Assembly (NCBI GenBank): GCA_963751455.1
Contig: CAVVUN010000015.1
Span: 1,568,001 to 1,632,000 of the forward strand
From: Nitrospirota bacterium
GTDB lineage: Bacteria; Nitrospirota; UBA9217
Direction of reading: 5' to 3'
Length of the DNA stretch: 64,000 nucleotides
Positions within the stretch are counted from its first letter, which is position 1; every line of letters starts with the position of its first letter. The position numbers and the translations under genes were made by a program. The notes beneath the pieces were generated by a model. That model made no database searches. It was not told where the DNA came from and worked only from the letters and a program-made list of their open reading frames with translations. Below, one piece after another: positions 29,726 through 41,050 of the stretch.

Positions 29726-31051
29726 ATGCGAAAACCCATAAAAATACTGGTTGCGGACGACGAAAAAAATATCCGGCTTTTATTGAAAAACGAACTGTCC
29801 GGGAACGACACGGAGGTACATGAAGCGGCCACGGGGCAGTCGGCCCTGGACATGCTCAAAGGGGACGAATACGACATACTTCTCCTGGATCTCAACATGC
29901 CGGGTGTCAGCGGCATTGAAGTGCTGAAAGAAATCAAAAACCAGCTGATCACAGCCGAAGTAGTAGTTCTTACAGCCCATGCCACCGTAACCACAGCGGT
30001 CGAAGCAATGAAGCTCGGAGCGTATGATTTTATCACCAAGCCCTTCAAGATCGAAGAGCTCAAGGCCGTTATCGAGAAGGCTTTTGAGAAGAAAACAATT
30101 CTGAGCGAGAACCTGCTCCTGAAAACCCAGATAAAAATCCAATCGGAAGCCGCCACGATCATAACCGGCAACCGGCAGATGCTCGAGATTCTCGAAACGG
30201 TGAAAAAGGTGGCTACTTCGGATTTGCCGGTCCTTATCAGCGGCGAGAGCGGGGTGGGCAAGGAGCTCGTCGCAAGGGCGGTGCATGATGACTCGGGCAG
30301 GCGTGGACAGTTCATCCCGATCAATTGCGGCGCCATACCTGAAACCATGATCGAGAGCGAGCTTTTCGGAAATGAACGGGGCGCTTTTACCGGTGCTCAG
30401 GCTAGAAAACTGGGTCTGCTTGAAATAGCCGACAACGGCTCCCTTTTTCTCGATGAGATCGGGGAGCTGCCGCAGTCTCTTCAGGTCAAGCTGCTGCGGG
30501 TTCTGGAAACAAAGCAATTCTTCAGGATCGGGGGCGTCAAGGAAATCAAGGTGGACGTCAAATTCATATCCGCCTCCAACAAGGATATCAAGGCAGAGGT
30601 CGGAAAAGGCGCTTTCAGGGCGGATCTCTATTACCGGATCAGCGCCCTGGGCCTGACCGTGCCGCCGCTCAGGGAACGGAGAGAAGACATCCCTGTCCTG
30701 ATCGAACATTTCAAAAAGAAAAATCCCGCCTTTAAGCGCAAACACTTCAGCAACGAAGCGCTCGCGGTTCTCTCTCAGTACCCCTGGCCCGGGAATGTCC
30801 GCGAACTTCATAATCTTATCCATCGGGTTCTCCTCCTTTCGCCCGGCGACACAATCGAACCATGCGACCTGCCGCCGGATCTTATCAACTGCGGGAAGGA
30901 AAGCAGCATGCTTCTGGACGACGTGGAAAAACAGCATATTCTCGCCATTCTGAAGCAGGCAGGCGGCCATCGCGGCAAGGCCGCTGAACTTCTCGGCATA
31001 AATCCCAAAACGCTTTACCGGAAACTCCTGGATTACGGGGTGAAGGAATGA
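29726..31051 (+). CDS. Sigma54-dependent response regulator (REC-AAA+-Fis HTH, NtrC family)
   Basis: REC domain, GESGVGKE, GAFTGA, LFLDEIG, WPGNVREL, C-terminal AAELLGINPKTLYRKL. Confidence 0.95.
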   Translation: MRKPIKILVADDEKNIRLLLKNELSGNDTEVHEAATGQSALDMLKGDEYDILLLDLNMPGVSGIEVLKEIKNQLITAEVVVLTAHATVTTAVEAMKLGAYDFITKPFKIEELKAVIEKAFEKKTILSENLLLKTQIKIQSEAATIITGNRQMLEILETVKKVATSDLPVLISGESGVGKELVARAVHDDSGRRGQFIPINCGAIPETMIESELFGNERGAFTGAQARKLGLLEIADNGSLFLDEIGELPQSLQVKLLRVLETKQFFRIGGVKEIKVDVKFISASNKDIKAEVGKGAFRADLYYRISALGLTVPPLRERREDIPVLIEHFKKKNPAFKRKHFSNEALAVLSQYPWPGNVRELHNLIHRVLLLSPGDTIEPCDLPPDLINCGKESSMLLDDVEKQHILAILKQAGGHRGKAAELLGINPKTLYRKLLDYGVKE

Positions 31052-33900
31052 GCATCAGCAGGAAGTTCGCGCTCTGGATCGTGTCAGTGCTTCTGGTTGC
31101 TGCCGCGGTGAGCATTTACCTTTTCTACGTGGTTGAAATGCGGGCTGAGGCGAAGAAACTGGAATTATTCGGAAAATTGTCCGGCCGGGTCATCGAGGAA
31201 AGCCTGATGACGTTCATGCTGAACCGGGACAATGCAGGGCTCAATCGAAAACTGGACGAAGTTAAAGCGGCCAGCGATACCGTCAGCCGGATATTATTGC
31301 TCGACACGTCGGGTGAGGTCAGGGCCTCTTCAGAGAAGGGGCTGATCGGGAAGAAATTTTCAACCAGGGATCCCGGGTGCCGGGAGTGCCATGAAAAAGG
31401 GCACAAGGGCATTCTCATGAACGGCAACAGCTCCTATCGCTGGGCTGCACCGGTCCTCAATAAGCCCGTGTGTCACGGCTGCCATGATTCCCGGACCCTA
31501 AACAACGGCCTGCTCATCATCGATTTTTCCGTCAGCGAATTTGTCGTACCACGTCAGGCAGGAACTCTTCGCCGGTTCTGCCTTCATCGTCACGGCCCTG
31601 TTCATTATCGGCTGGATGATGGTTTTTTTATCGGAGACACTCGTCAGCCGCAGGTTGAACGGCATGGTAGTCAGAATGAAGGACTTCCAGGACGGTGATA
31701 TTGCGGCACGGGCGCCGGTGGAAGGAAACGACGAGATTACGAGACTCGAAACCGGCTTCAACGAGCTTGCGCAGGCTGTCACGACACGGGAGTGGGAAAA
31801 AAACCGGCTGGTTGAAGAGGTCAACGCAACAAACGAACAGCTGCAGCGCGAAATTGCCGAGAGGGAGCGCTGGGAGCGCACGCTGCACGAGCAACTCCAG
31901 TTTCTCCAGCGCATGATCGATACTATCCCCATGCCAATTTTTTACAAGGACCTTGCCGGGGCCTACCTGGGCTGCAATAAGGCGTTCGAGCTTTTTCTCG
32001 GCATATCAAAAGAGAAGCTTGTCGGGAAGACCGTTCTCGACATCACGCCCAAAGAGTTTGGCAGATAAATATCATGACATGGACAGGGACCTCATCGAAC
32101 ACCCGGGTGTTCAAATCTACGAATATTCAGTCAAGCACGCTGACGGCTCTTTCCGCGACGTCATCTTCAACAAGGCGACATTTGCCGATGTCGAGGGAAA
32201 GGTGGGCGGGCTGATCGGCGCAATGCATGATATCACGGAACGGAAAAAGATCGAAGCGGCTTCCAGGAGGGCCGAACTGGTTATTAAGCGGAACTACGAC
32301 ACCCAGACCGCCATCAACTGGATCCTGCACATCTCCCTCGAAAATCTTACTCTTGACGGCATCTTGAAGCAGGCGCTCGATATCATCCTCTCGATTCCCT
32401 GGTTGTCGATAGAATCGAAGGGTGCAATCTTCCTTGTTGAGGATTACCCGGAAATACTGGTCATGAAAACACAGAGGGGGCTCTCGGAACATCTGCATGA
32501 CCAATGCAAAATCGTCCCGTTCGGCAAGTGTCTCTGCGGAAGGGCAGCCGCCCGGGGAGACGTTCAGTTTGCGGACCGCCTTGACGATCGTCACGAAGTC
32601 AGCTACGACGGGGCTATAGGGCACGGTCATTACTGCGATCCCGATCATGGATGCGCAGCGCGTGCTCGGTGTCATCAATATGTATTTAAAGGAAGGACAC
32701 CGGCGGGACGATAAGGAAATCGAGTTTCTGAACGCAATGGCGAGCGCTTTGGCCGGGGTCATCCAGCGGAAACGGACCGAGGAGGAGCGTGAAAAGCTGA
32801 TCATAGAGCTTCAGACCGTTCTGAACATCGTATCCCACTCCCAGCAGGAATGGCGGAACACCTTCGACAGCATCACGGACATGATCGCCATCCTGGACAA
32901 GGAATTCACCATAGTGAAAGCGAACAAAGCCTTCGCGGCGTATTTCGGCCTGCAGCCGCAGGAGGTCATCAAAAGAAAGTGTTATGAGCTTATGCACGAG
33001 GGCAGTTCCCCAATCCCGAATTGTCCTCACCACACAACGTTAACCCAAAAAATAGCGGCCGCAGAGGAGTTTCTCGACAAAAGGACCAACAGACTGTTCC
33101 GCGTTTTTACGTTTCCCTACCATTCCCCGGAAGGCGAGATCATCGGGTCTATTCACATCTCCCGCGACATAACCGAAGATAAGGAAAAGGAAACCCGCCT
33201 TATCATGAGCGAACGGCTTGCGGCGCTTGGCCAAATGGCCTCAGGCATCGCCCATGAGATCAACAATCCTCTTGCCTCTATTGCCGGATGCTCGGAAGGG
33301 CTCATGACAAGGGCCAGAAAGGGGAACTGGGACGCTAAACTGTTTGAATCCTACCTCGGCATTATCCAGGAAGAGGTCTTCAGATGCAAAAGCATCACTA
33401 CTGCAATATTGTCCTTTGTCAGGAAAAGCAGCTATGAAAAAAAAGAAGTTTCGCTGAATGGACTTCTCGACAAGACGCTCGAGATCATCGGATTTCAGGG
33501 GAGGCTCAAAGACATAGAGATACAACGGCGCTACCAGCCCGAAGGGCCTGTTATTCGAGGCAATGAAGGCGAACTCAGGCAGGTTTTCCTTGCAGTCATA
33601 ACCAATGCGCTGGACGCAATGTACGACAAGGGCTGCCTTGTTCTTGAAACCGCCGCACAAGAGGAGTCATCCGTAATTCGCATCAGCGACACAGGTTCCG
33701 GAATATCACCGGAGAACATGCTCAAAATTTTCGATCCATTCTATACGACCAAGGCAGAGAGGGGCGGGACCGGTCTTGGCCTCTCCATTGCGCGCAAGAT
33801 AGTTGCGAACCACAACGGCACCATCCAGGCAGTTTCCGACCCAGGGCAAGGCACTACCATAACCATAACCCTTCCATCCTCATTCACTCCTGAATTATAG
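31048..33900 (+). CDS. Sensor histidine kinase with di-haem-c periplasmic domain, HAMP, PAS, GAF, PAS, HisKA; three frameshifts
   Basis: Fragments 31048-31698 (CRECH, CHGCH), 31541-32068, 31953-32714 and 32647-33900 (AHEINNPL, DTGSG, FDPFYTTK, GTGLGL). Confidence 0.85.
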
Positions 33901-34024
33901 CCAAAGCAGTTAAAAAAGCATTTACGTCCGGCATTTTATGAGCACCTGCTTATCGGGCATCCCGCCCGATACAACAAGGCAGCCTGCCTTATTTCCTTTC
34001 AAATTTTATTTAAAATCCCTAAAA

Positions 34025-34057
34025 AATCAATCCCTTGCAGCGGGCATACTACTTGCT
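34025..34057 (+). promoter_or_regulatory. IHF site plus sigma54 (-24/-12) promoter of the chemosensory operon
   Basis: AATCAATCCCTTG (34025-34037) matches WATCAANNNNTTR. GGGCAT-ACTAC-TTGCT (34042-34057) has correct GG-N10-GC spacing. Confidence 0.7.
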
Positions 34058-34142
34058 CTCTATGACAAGAAAGCACTATTATATCCCGGCGCTATTGCTG
34101 CTTGATGTCATAGAAAGCAAGACAAGTTCAGGAGGGAATAAC

Positions 34143-34619
34143 ATGGGAATAAATTGCTGGGAATTCAAGAAATGCGGCAGGGAACCGGGCGGCAAAAAAG
34201 CAGCGGAACTCGGTGTCTGCCCTGCGACTACGTACACAAAATTGAACGGCGTCCATGGCGGCAAGAACGCGGGCCGCGCCTGCTGGGTCGTGGCCGGTTC
34301 GCTCTGCGGCGGGAAGATACAGGGGACCTATGCTCAGAAGCTGAACAACTGCTGGAGGTGCGAATTCATGAATGCCGTAAAAAAAGAAGAGGAACCTGCA
34401 CCGTGGGGTTTTTGTCATACTCGCCTCGGCATGGACAGGACTCTTGAAAAGATAAAGGACAAAAAGGCGGCGACCGATCAACCTGCGGCTGCACTGCAGT
34501 CCACAGGGCGGATTAAACCGGTTGGACCGGAAGCAAAATATCAAGGAGGAAAGAAATGGCTAAGAACCTTCAGCTGGTTGTGTTCAATATCGGCAAAGAA
34601 CTCTACGGTGTCGGCATAG
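34143..34619 (+). CDS. Two-CW domain Cys-rich protein
   Basis: NCWEFKKCGREPGG...CPA...GRACWVVAGSLC...CWRCEF; GGAGGG RBS before ATG 34143. The 3' end is uncertain because a 64-bp overlap with cheW suggests an indel. Confidence 0.75.
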   Translation: MGINCWEFKKCGREPGGKKAAELGVCPATTYTKLNGVHGGKNAGRACWVVAGSLCGGKIQGTYAQKLNNCWRCEFMNAVKKEEEPAPWGFCHTRLGMDRTLEKIKDKKAATDQPAAALQSTGRIKPVGPEAKYQGGKKWLRTFSWLCSISAKNSTVSA

Positions 34620-35038
34620 AATCCGTGCACGAGATCGTAAAAGTGCCCGATATCACGCAGGTGCCCGATGCGCCCCGTTTTCTTGAGGGTGTGATCAACT
34701 TGAGGGGCAAGATAATTCCGGTAGTGGACCTCAGAAAGAGGCTCAATCTGCAGGGGAAGGAAAGGAACAAATCGTCCAGGGTTCTCATTACAGAGAACGA
34801 GGGGCGCCTTATCGGGCTGCTCGTTGACGCGGTATCCGAGGTCCTCAAACTGCATCCTGATGCTATCGAGGCCCCTCCTGAAATGGTTTCCGCAATCGGC
34901 GTCGAGTACATAACGGGTGTGGCGAAGGTCGGGGAACGGCTGGTTATCCTTCTTACCCTTCAGAAAGTGCTGAATCTCGACGACATGAAAAAAGTCGTGA
35001 AAGTGATTGAAAAATCAGCCGGTTCTCAGGCTGCATAG
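34556..35038 (+). CDS. cheW: Chemotaxis coupling protein CheW
   Basis: LVVFNIGKELYGV, GVINLRGKIIPVVDLR, GLLVDAVSEV. Confidence 0.95.
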   Translation: MAKNLQLVVFNIGKELYGVGIESVHEIVKVPDITQVPDAPRFLEGVINLRGKIIPVVDLRKRLNLQGKERNKSSRVLITENEGRLIGLLVDAVSEVLKLHPDAIEAPPEMVSAIGVEYITGVAKVGERLVILLTLQKVLNLDDMKKVVKVIEKSAGSQAA

Positions 35039-35068
35039 AATTCTAAATAAAGGCAAGGAGACCGAATA

Positions 35069-37300
35069 ATGAAGTGGACTATCGGGAAAAAATTGACTGC
35101 CGGCTTCATGAGTCTTGTCCTGTTGCTCATCATCGTCAGCGTCGTGGCATACGCCAACATGACAAGCATGGCCAGAAGTTCCGAATTTATATCATCGGCT
35201 GCGGAGATCAAGAACAGCTGTACTGCCCTCGCGAGGGATTTTATACGCCAGCAGGATGGTTATACCGACTATTCACTCACGAGAGAGTCCGAGGTAAAAA
35301 AAGAGATCGCTGAAGACGGCGAGCTGGTGAGAAAGGACATCGAAATACTGAAGGTGCTCCTTGCGGGCAAGGAAACCGGCGTCTCGAATGACGACATTCT
35401 GAAAATTCATGAACAATTCGAGACTACCGGCGAAATGATGGCATCCCTCTATATCCAGGGCAAGCAGGCGGAGGGGAATGCCGCAATGGAAAAGTTCGAC
35501 GGCGTCATTTCCAAGATCGAAAAACAGATGGCAAAACTGGAAGACTTTGCTAATAGAAACAGCGCCGATGCTGTAAAAGCGGCTGCTGATTCGAAAAGAA
35601 CGGCCAATATACTGATCATCGGCATTTCGTTGCTGTCAGTCATGATCGCGATTATTCTGGGGCTCTTCCTGTCGCGGTCGATAGCTATCCCCGTGATTGA
35701 AGTAGCGCGCATTGCCGGCAGGATCGCTGAGGGAGACATCGACCAGGATGTCAGGATAGAACGGGATGATGAAATAGGGACCCTGGCCGCATCGTTCAGG
35801 GAAATGATAACTTATCTGAAAGCAATGGCAAACGCGGCCGGCAACATCGCGGAAGGAGACCTGCGCTCCGATGTTAAGCCGAAGTCCGGCAAGGACGTAC
35901 TCGGTAATGCATTTGTTGCGATGTCATTATATCTGAAAGGGATGGCACAAGCGGCGGGTGACATAGCCGAGGGGGACCTGGGGTCCGATGTGACACCGAA
36001 GTCGGAGCGGGACGTTCTCGGGAACGCCTTTAAAAGGATGAACGGATACCTGAAGAGCATGGCAGCAGCGGCAAGCGACATCGCTGAGGGCGACCTCAGG
36101 TCCGAAGTGACGCCCAAATCCGACAGGGACGTTCTTGGAAACGCTTTCCATTCGATGATCCAGTCCTTGAGGAATATTATCGGGGATGTGCGCTCCGGCG
36201 CTAACGATATTGCTTCCGCCTCGGTGCAGGTCGCATCAACGTCGGAACAGGCCGCAAGGAACAATGAAACCGCCGCAACGGGAGTTGAAGAAACGACCTC
36301 GACCATGCACGAGATGTCGGCCAATATCCAGAACGTGGCAAAAAGCTCGCAGAGCCAGGCCTCGTCCGTCACCGAGACGTCCGCTTCCATTGAACAGATG
36401 ACGACATCCATTCAGCGGATTGCCGCGACGGTAAAGCAGTTCGTGGATCTTTCCCAGAAGACGAAAAAGGCCGTGGATCAGGGCTCGAATCCGTAGACCG
36501 CTCCATCAAAGGGACGGACGAGATCAACAAAGCGATCGTGAGCTCCGCGGACACCATAGCAACCCTGGGTTCGCGGGTGGAAGATATCGGCAAAATCGTG
36601 GACGTCATCGACGACATTGCGGAACAGACGAATCTGCTCGCCTTGAATGCGGCAATCGAGGCGGCGCGAGCCGGAGAACAGGGGATGGGTTTTGCAGTGG
36701 TCGCCGAGGAGGTTCGGAAGCTGGCCGAGCGTTCCGCAAAATCAACAAAAGAAATAGCCGATCTGATTTCCGGCATCCAGAAAGAATCGCAGGAGGCCGT
36801 CCGCCTGATGGAAAAATCGACCCAACTGGTGGAAAAGGGAGTGGACCTGAGCAGGGACGTGAAACGATCGCTCAAGGCCATTGAGAACAACGTGGGAGAA
36901 GTCGACAAATACTCGAAAGAGATCGGAGCGGCGACTCAGGAGCAGTCGAGCGGCAGCACGCAGATCGCGAAAGCCACGGAAAGCCTGCGAGAGATCACGC
37001 ATGAGATCACGTCCGCAACAGAAGAGCAGGCGTCGGCAGCGGAACAGATCGTGAAGACGATGGAAAAAATGAGAGAAATGATCCATCAGAATGCGTCGGG
37101 TACCACCGAGCTTGCTTCCTCCGCGGAACAGATGAGGGCACAGGCCGACCGGTTCAAGGAGATCATAGACCGGTTTGTACTGAGCAGACGAGGGCCGGAC
37201 GGCTCGCTCCGTGAAGAAAAAGAGAAGCAGTCGCGCCTGACGACGGCAATGGCAACGGGAAAAAAAAGCCGCCGAACGGCAGCTGGCAGGCGCGGTCTGA
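35069..37300 (+). CDS. Methyl-accepting chemotaxis protein 1 (helical periplasmic sensor, 4 HAMP), frameshifted
   Basis: ORFs 35069-36496 and 36538 onward; two TM, 39-aa HAMP repeats, [18 protein letters not shown]. Probable stop ...LAGAV* at 37300. Confidence 0.85.
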
Positions 37301-37338
37301 TCGAATGGGGTCGTCCCAGAGGAGAAAAAAAGAGGACT

Positions 37339-39908
37339 ATGAAGGGCAAGGACTTGACGATCAAATCGAGGGTAATCGTGACTGTTATCGCGATTTTCCT
37401 CACGAGCAGCGATCATCATGGGATTCGTAACGTACACAAGCCAGATGAACCAGCTGCAGGAGGCGATCACGGAAAAGGTGAAGAATAATCTCAACCTGCT
37501 CCCGTCTCAGATTCAGGGTGAAGCGGAGGGGCTGTCCCGGGCCTTGTCGGGGTTCATCAGAATGGAGAGCTCTTCTTCAGCCTTTTGCCGAGAGAAACCG
37601 GGACAAGCTGGCGGCAGCGGTAAAACCGATTTTCCAGGATCTGAAAGCGAAGAACAATATCACGCATATGTATTTCATCGAGCCGGACGGTGAGGTCTTC
37701 TTCAGGGGCCACCAGCCGGATCAGCACGGCGACCGGCTTACCCGAACCACGTATAAAAAGGCAGCGGAAACGAACAGAGCTGGCAAGCGGGATCGAGATG
37801 GGGAAGAATTTCTTTTCCCTCAGGGCGGTGCATCCCGTGGTGTATAAAGGAACGCTGATCGGATATCTGGAGCTGGGGCAGGAGATAGATCATATCTTCA
37901 AAGACCTGTCCGCAATAACCGGGGACGACGTGAGCGTATTCCTGACGGATGAATTTCTCAAGAGCAAGTCTGCGGAGCTCAAGGCGGAGCGGGTAGGTGA
38001 CTTTATTCTGCTGGACTCCACGCACAGGGAAACCGGACTCAGGCTTGCGGAAAAAGTGATGCTGGACAAAGGCTTGAAGGAAATGGCCGTCTTTGACGTG
38101 GAGTTGAGGGGGGCACGGTACGCCGTGGGTCTGGGACCCCTGAAGGACGCATCCGGCGCGACGGCCGGAGTTCTCCTGTTCGAGCATGAGGTAGATGCTC
38201 TGTACGCCTCGATCCGGAAAAACATCCTGATCGTGGTCGTGCTGTTCGGCCTGCTTCTCGGCGCCGCCATCGTGGTTTTCTATTTTTCGATCAGGACGAG
38301 CCTTGCCCTGTTCAAGCACGTGTCGGCGAGCGCTCAGAAAATTGCGGATGGCGATCTGGATGTGGACCTCGCGACGGATCGGACGGATGAGATCGGCCAG
38401 CTGGCACTCGCCTTTAAACGCATGATCGATTATCTCAAAGGCATGGCGAAGGTTGCCGGCGCCATCGCCGAAGGAGACCTGCGGGAAACGGTGAAGCCGA
38501 AATCCGAAAAAGACGTGCTCGGGAACGCCATTCAGAACATGAACCTGTATTTAAAAAACATGGCGGACGTTGCAGGCTCCATCGCGGAAGGCGACCTGGC
38601 CTCCGAAGTCAAGCCAAAATCGGGAAAGGACATGCTGGGAAATTCTTTCCATACCATGATTCTTTACGTAAAAGAGATGGCACTTGCGGCAAGTAATATT
38701 GCCGAGGGGGATCTTCGGGCCGATGTAAAGCCGAAATCGGGAAAGGATATACTGGGAAACTCTTTCCAATCCATGTTGGCCGGGCTGCGGGGAATTATCG
38801 CCGATGTGCGCAACGGCGCTGAGGAGATTGCGTCTACCTCCAGCCAGGTGGCCCTGACCTCGCAGCAAGCCGCAAAAAACAATGAGACCGCCGCAACCGG
38901 AGTGGAGGAAACGACATCGACCATGCACGAGATGTCCGCGAACATCCAGAACGTGGCTAAAAACTCCCAGAGCCAGGCGTCATCGGTTGACAGAGACGTC
39001 GGCTTCGGTCGAGCAGATGGTAACGTCGATTCAGCGGATCGCAAACACCGCGAAGCAGTTCGTGGAACTGTCCGAGAGAACAAAGAAGGCTGTGGACATG
39101 GGTCTTGAGGCAGTGGACCGGTCGGTCAAGGGCACGGACGAGATCAACAGCTCGATCATCCGATCTGCGGACACGATCGCTGCCCTGGGGTCCCGGGTTG
39201 AGGACATCGGCAAGATCGTGGACGTGATCGATGAAATTGCGGAACAGACGAATCTTCTTGCCTTGAACGCGGCAATCGAGGCAGCGCGGGCCGGGGAGCA
39301 GGGCATGGGGTTCGCGGTGGTGGCCGAGGAAGTGCAGGAAGCTTGCGGAGCGTTCCGCGAAATCGACAAAGGAGATAGCGGAGCTGATCTCGGGCATCCA
39401 GAAGGAGGCCCAGGAAGCGGTCAAGACCATGGAGAAATCCACGCAGCTCGTTGAGAAGGGCGTTGAAATGAGCAAGCAGGTGGGTGATACACTGAAGGCG
39501 ATCGAGAACAACGTTGTGGAAGTGGACCGGTACTCGAAGGAGATCGGCGCTGCCACGCAGGAGCAGTCAAGCGGAAGCACGCAGATCGCGAAGGCCGCGG
39601 AAAGCCTGAGGGAGATCACGCACGAGATAAGCTCGGCAACGGAGGAGCAGGCCACGGCAGCGGAGCAGATCGTCAGGAACATGGAGAAGATGCGGGAGAT
39701 GATCCACCAGAACGCTTCAGGAACCACGGAGCTGGCGTCGTCAGCGGAACAGCTGCGATCGCAGGCGGACCGGTTCAAGGAAATCGTCGGAAAATTCGTG
39801 CTCGATGAGGATGAGGGCGCCGTGCTCGTTTCTTCTTCGAGGAAAAAAGCGGATCAGAGGCATGGCGACGGAATCGGCAACGGCAGGAAGAAACCAGGAA
39901 TGAACTGA
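37339..39908 (+). CDS. Methyl-accepting chemotaxis protein 2 (Cache-type sensor, 4 HAMP), multiple frameshifts
   Basis: Start [11 protein letters not shown] with AGAGGA RBS; fragments 37418-37693, 37518-37847, 37690-39108, 38882-39454 and 39429-39908; MCP hairpin motif. Confidence 0.85.
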
Positions 39909-40072
39909 CCGGGCTGAGCTGCAGAGAGACCGGCAGTAGTCAAACAGGAGGTGGCGGCATGCCGCGACAAACATAGGGACGGGTGAAAACAGATTGTTCA
40001 TGCAAGTGTATTAAAAATATTTTCGGGCGGTTTGCAAAGCCGCAATATCCATCACTCACTCGGGAGGAAACA

Positions 40073-40984
40073 ATGAAAACGACAAAAAAAGGAAAGTCGC
40101 AGATAACGGTTCCGGCAGCAGCCATTATTCTGAGTATCCTCATTAGCTTCTTTGTATCGTTCTCGACTGCAGCAGCGGAAGAACTGAAATGGGTAGGATG
40201 CGGGATTTCGAAAAAGGCTTTTATGAGTGGTCTTGTGGCAGCCTATGAGAAAAAATCCGGCATTAAGATCAAACTGGAGGGCGGCGGAGCCACCCGCGGC
40301 ATCGTGGATGTGGCTGAAGGAAAGGCAGACATGGGCGGTACCTGCCGGCACGTTCTGCCGAGAGCCGAGGAACGCGGCGTAAAACTGATACCGATGGGCT
40401 GGGACGCTCTGGTCGTGCTGGCGCATCCTTCCAACAGCGTCCGCAATCTGATGCTGGATGAGTTAAAGAATATCTATACAGGTAAGATCACAAACTGGAA
40501 ACAGGTTGGCGGCGCGGACCGCAAAATCATCGTAGTGGCACGGTCAGGCAAGATTTCCGGGGTGGGCCGGACGTTCCGGGAACTCGTTTTTAAAAATCCG
40601 GAACAGGAGTTTACCGCCGATGCGAAAATAGTGGAAGAATCAGCCGGAGTCGAACAGGTGGTTGAAAAAGAAGCGGGGGCCATTGCGGTAAGCGGCGTAA
40701 GCAGCGCGCAAAAAAGAGAAGTCAAAATGGTTCAGGTCAACGGAAAAGCGCCGACTCATGAGAACATCAAGGATGGATCGTACCTTCTGTACCGGCCTCT
40801 GTACCTCGTAACGAAGCAGCAGGCTACGGCTGAAGTCGGCAAGTTCGTGGCATTTGCGCTGAGTGAAGAGGGGCAGGCCGTCATCTCAGGAGAAGGAACC
40901 GTGAATTTGAAGGAAGGGGCCCGTCTGTGGGCGCTCTACAGCCAGCAGATGAAAGAAGCAGGTGTAACTCCCGGGAGCTTCTGA
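40073..40984 (+). CDS. PstS-like periplasmic substrate-binding protein
   Basis: Signal peptide, GGGATRGI, ADMGGTCR, WDALVVLAHPSN, IYTGKITNWKQVGG, YLLYRPLYLVT. Confidence 0.85.
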   Translation: MKTTKKGKSQITVPAAAIILSILISFFVSFSTAAAEELKWVGCGISKKAFMSGLVAAYEKKSGIKIKLEGGGATRGIVDVAEGKADMGGTCRHVLPRAEERGVKLIPMGWDALVVLAHPSNSVRNLMLDELKNIYTGKITNWKQVGGADRKIIVVARSGKISGVGRTFRELVFKNPEQEFTADAKIVEESAGVEQVVEKEAGAIAVSGVSSAQKREVKMVQVNGKAPTHENIKDGSYLLYRPLYLVTKQQATAEVGKFVAFALSEEGQAVISGEGTVNLKEGARLWALYSQQMKEAGVTPGSF

Positions 40985-41050
40985 GCCGGCGGGAGAAATA
41001 GAATAAGCCGGCCGCACCTTGCAGCGAACTTTACGAATAAGGAGTATGTG

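Noticed and set aside
29780-30970. Long antisense ORFs (also 47985-49286, 57457-58419, 42667-43536)
   Set aside because: Shadows of well-supported genes on the opposite strand, with no motifs.
36538-37488. MCP signalling domain fused to a new TM segment
   Set aside because: Frameshift read-through from the MCP1 tail into the MCP2 start (own RBS and ATG at 37339).
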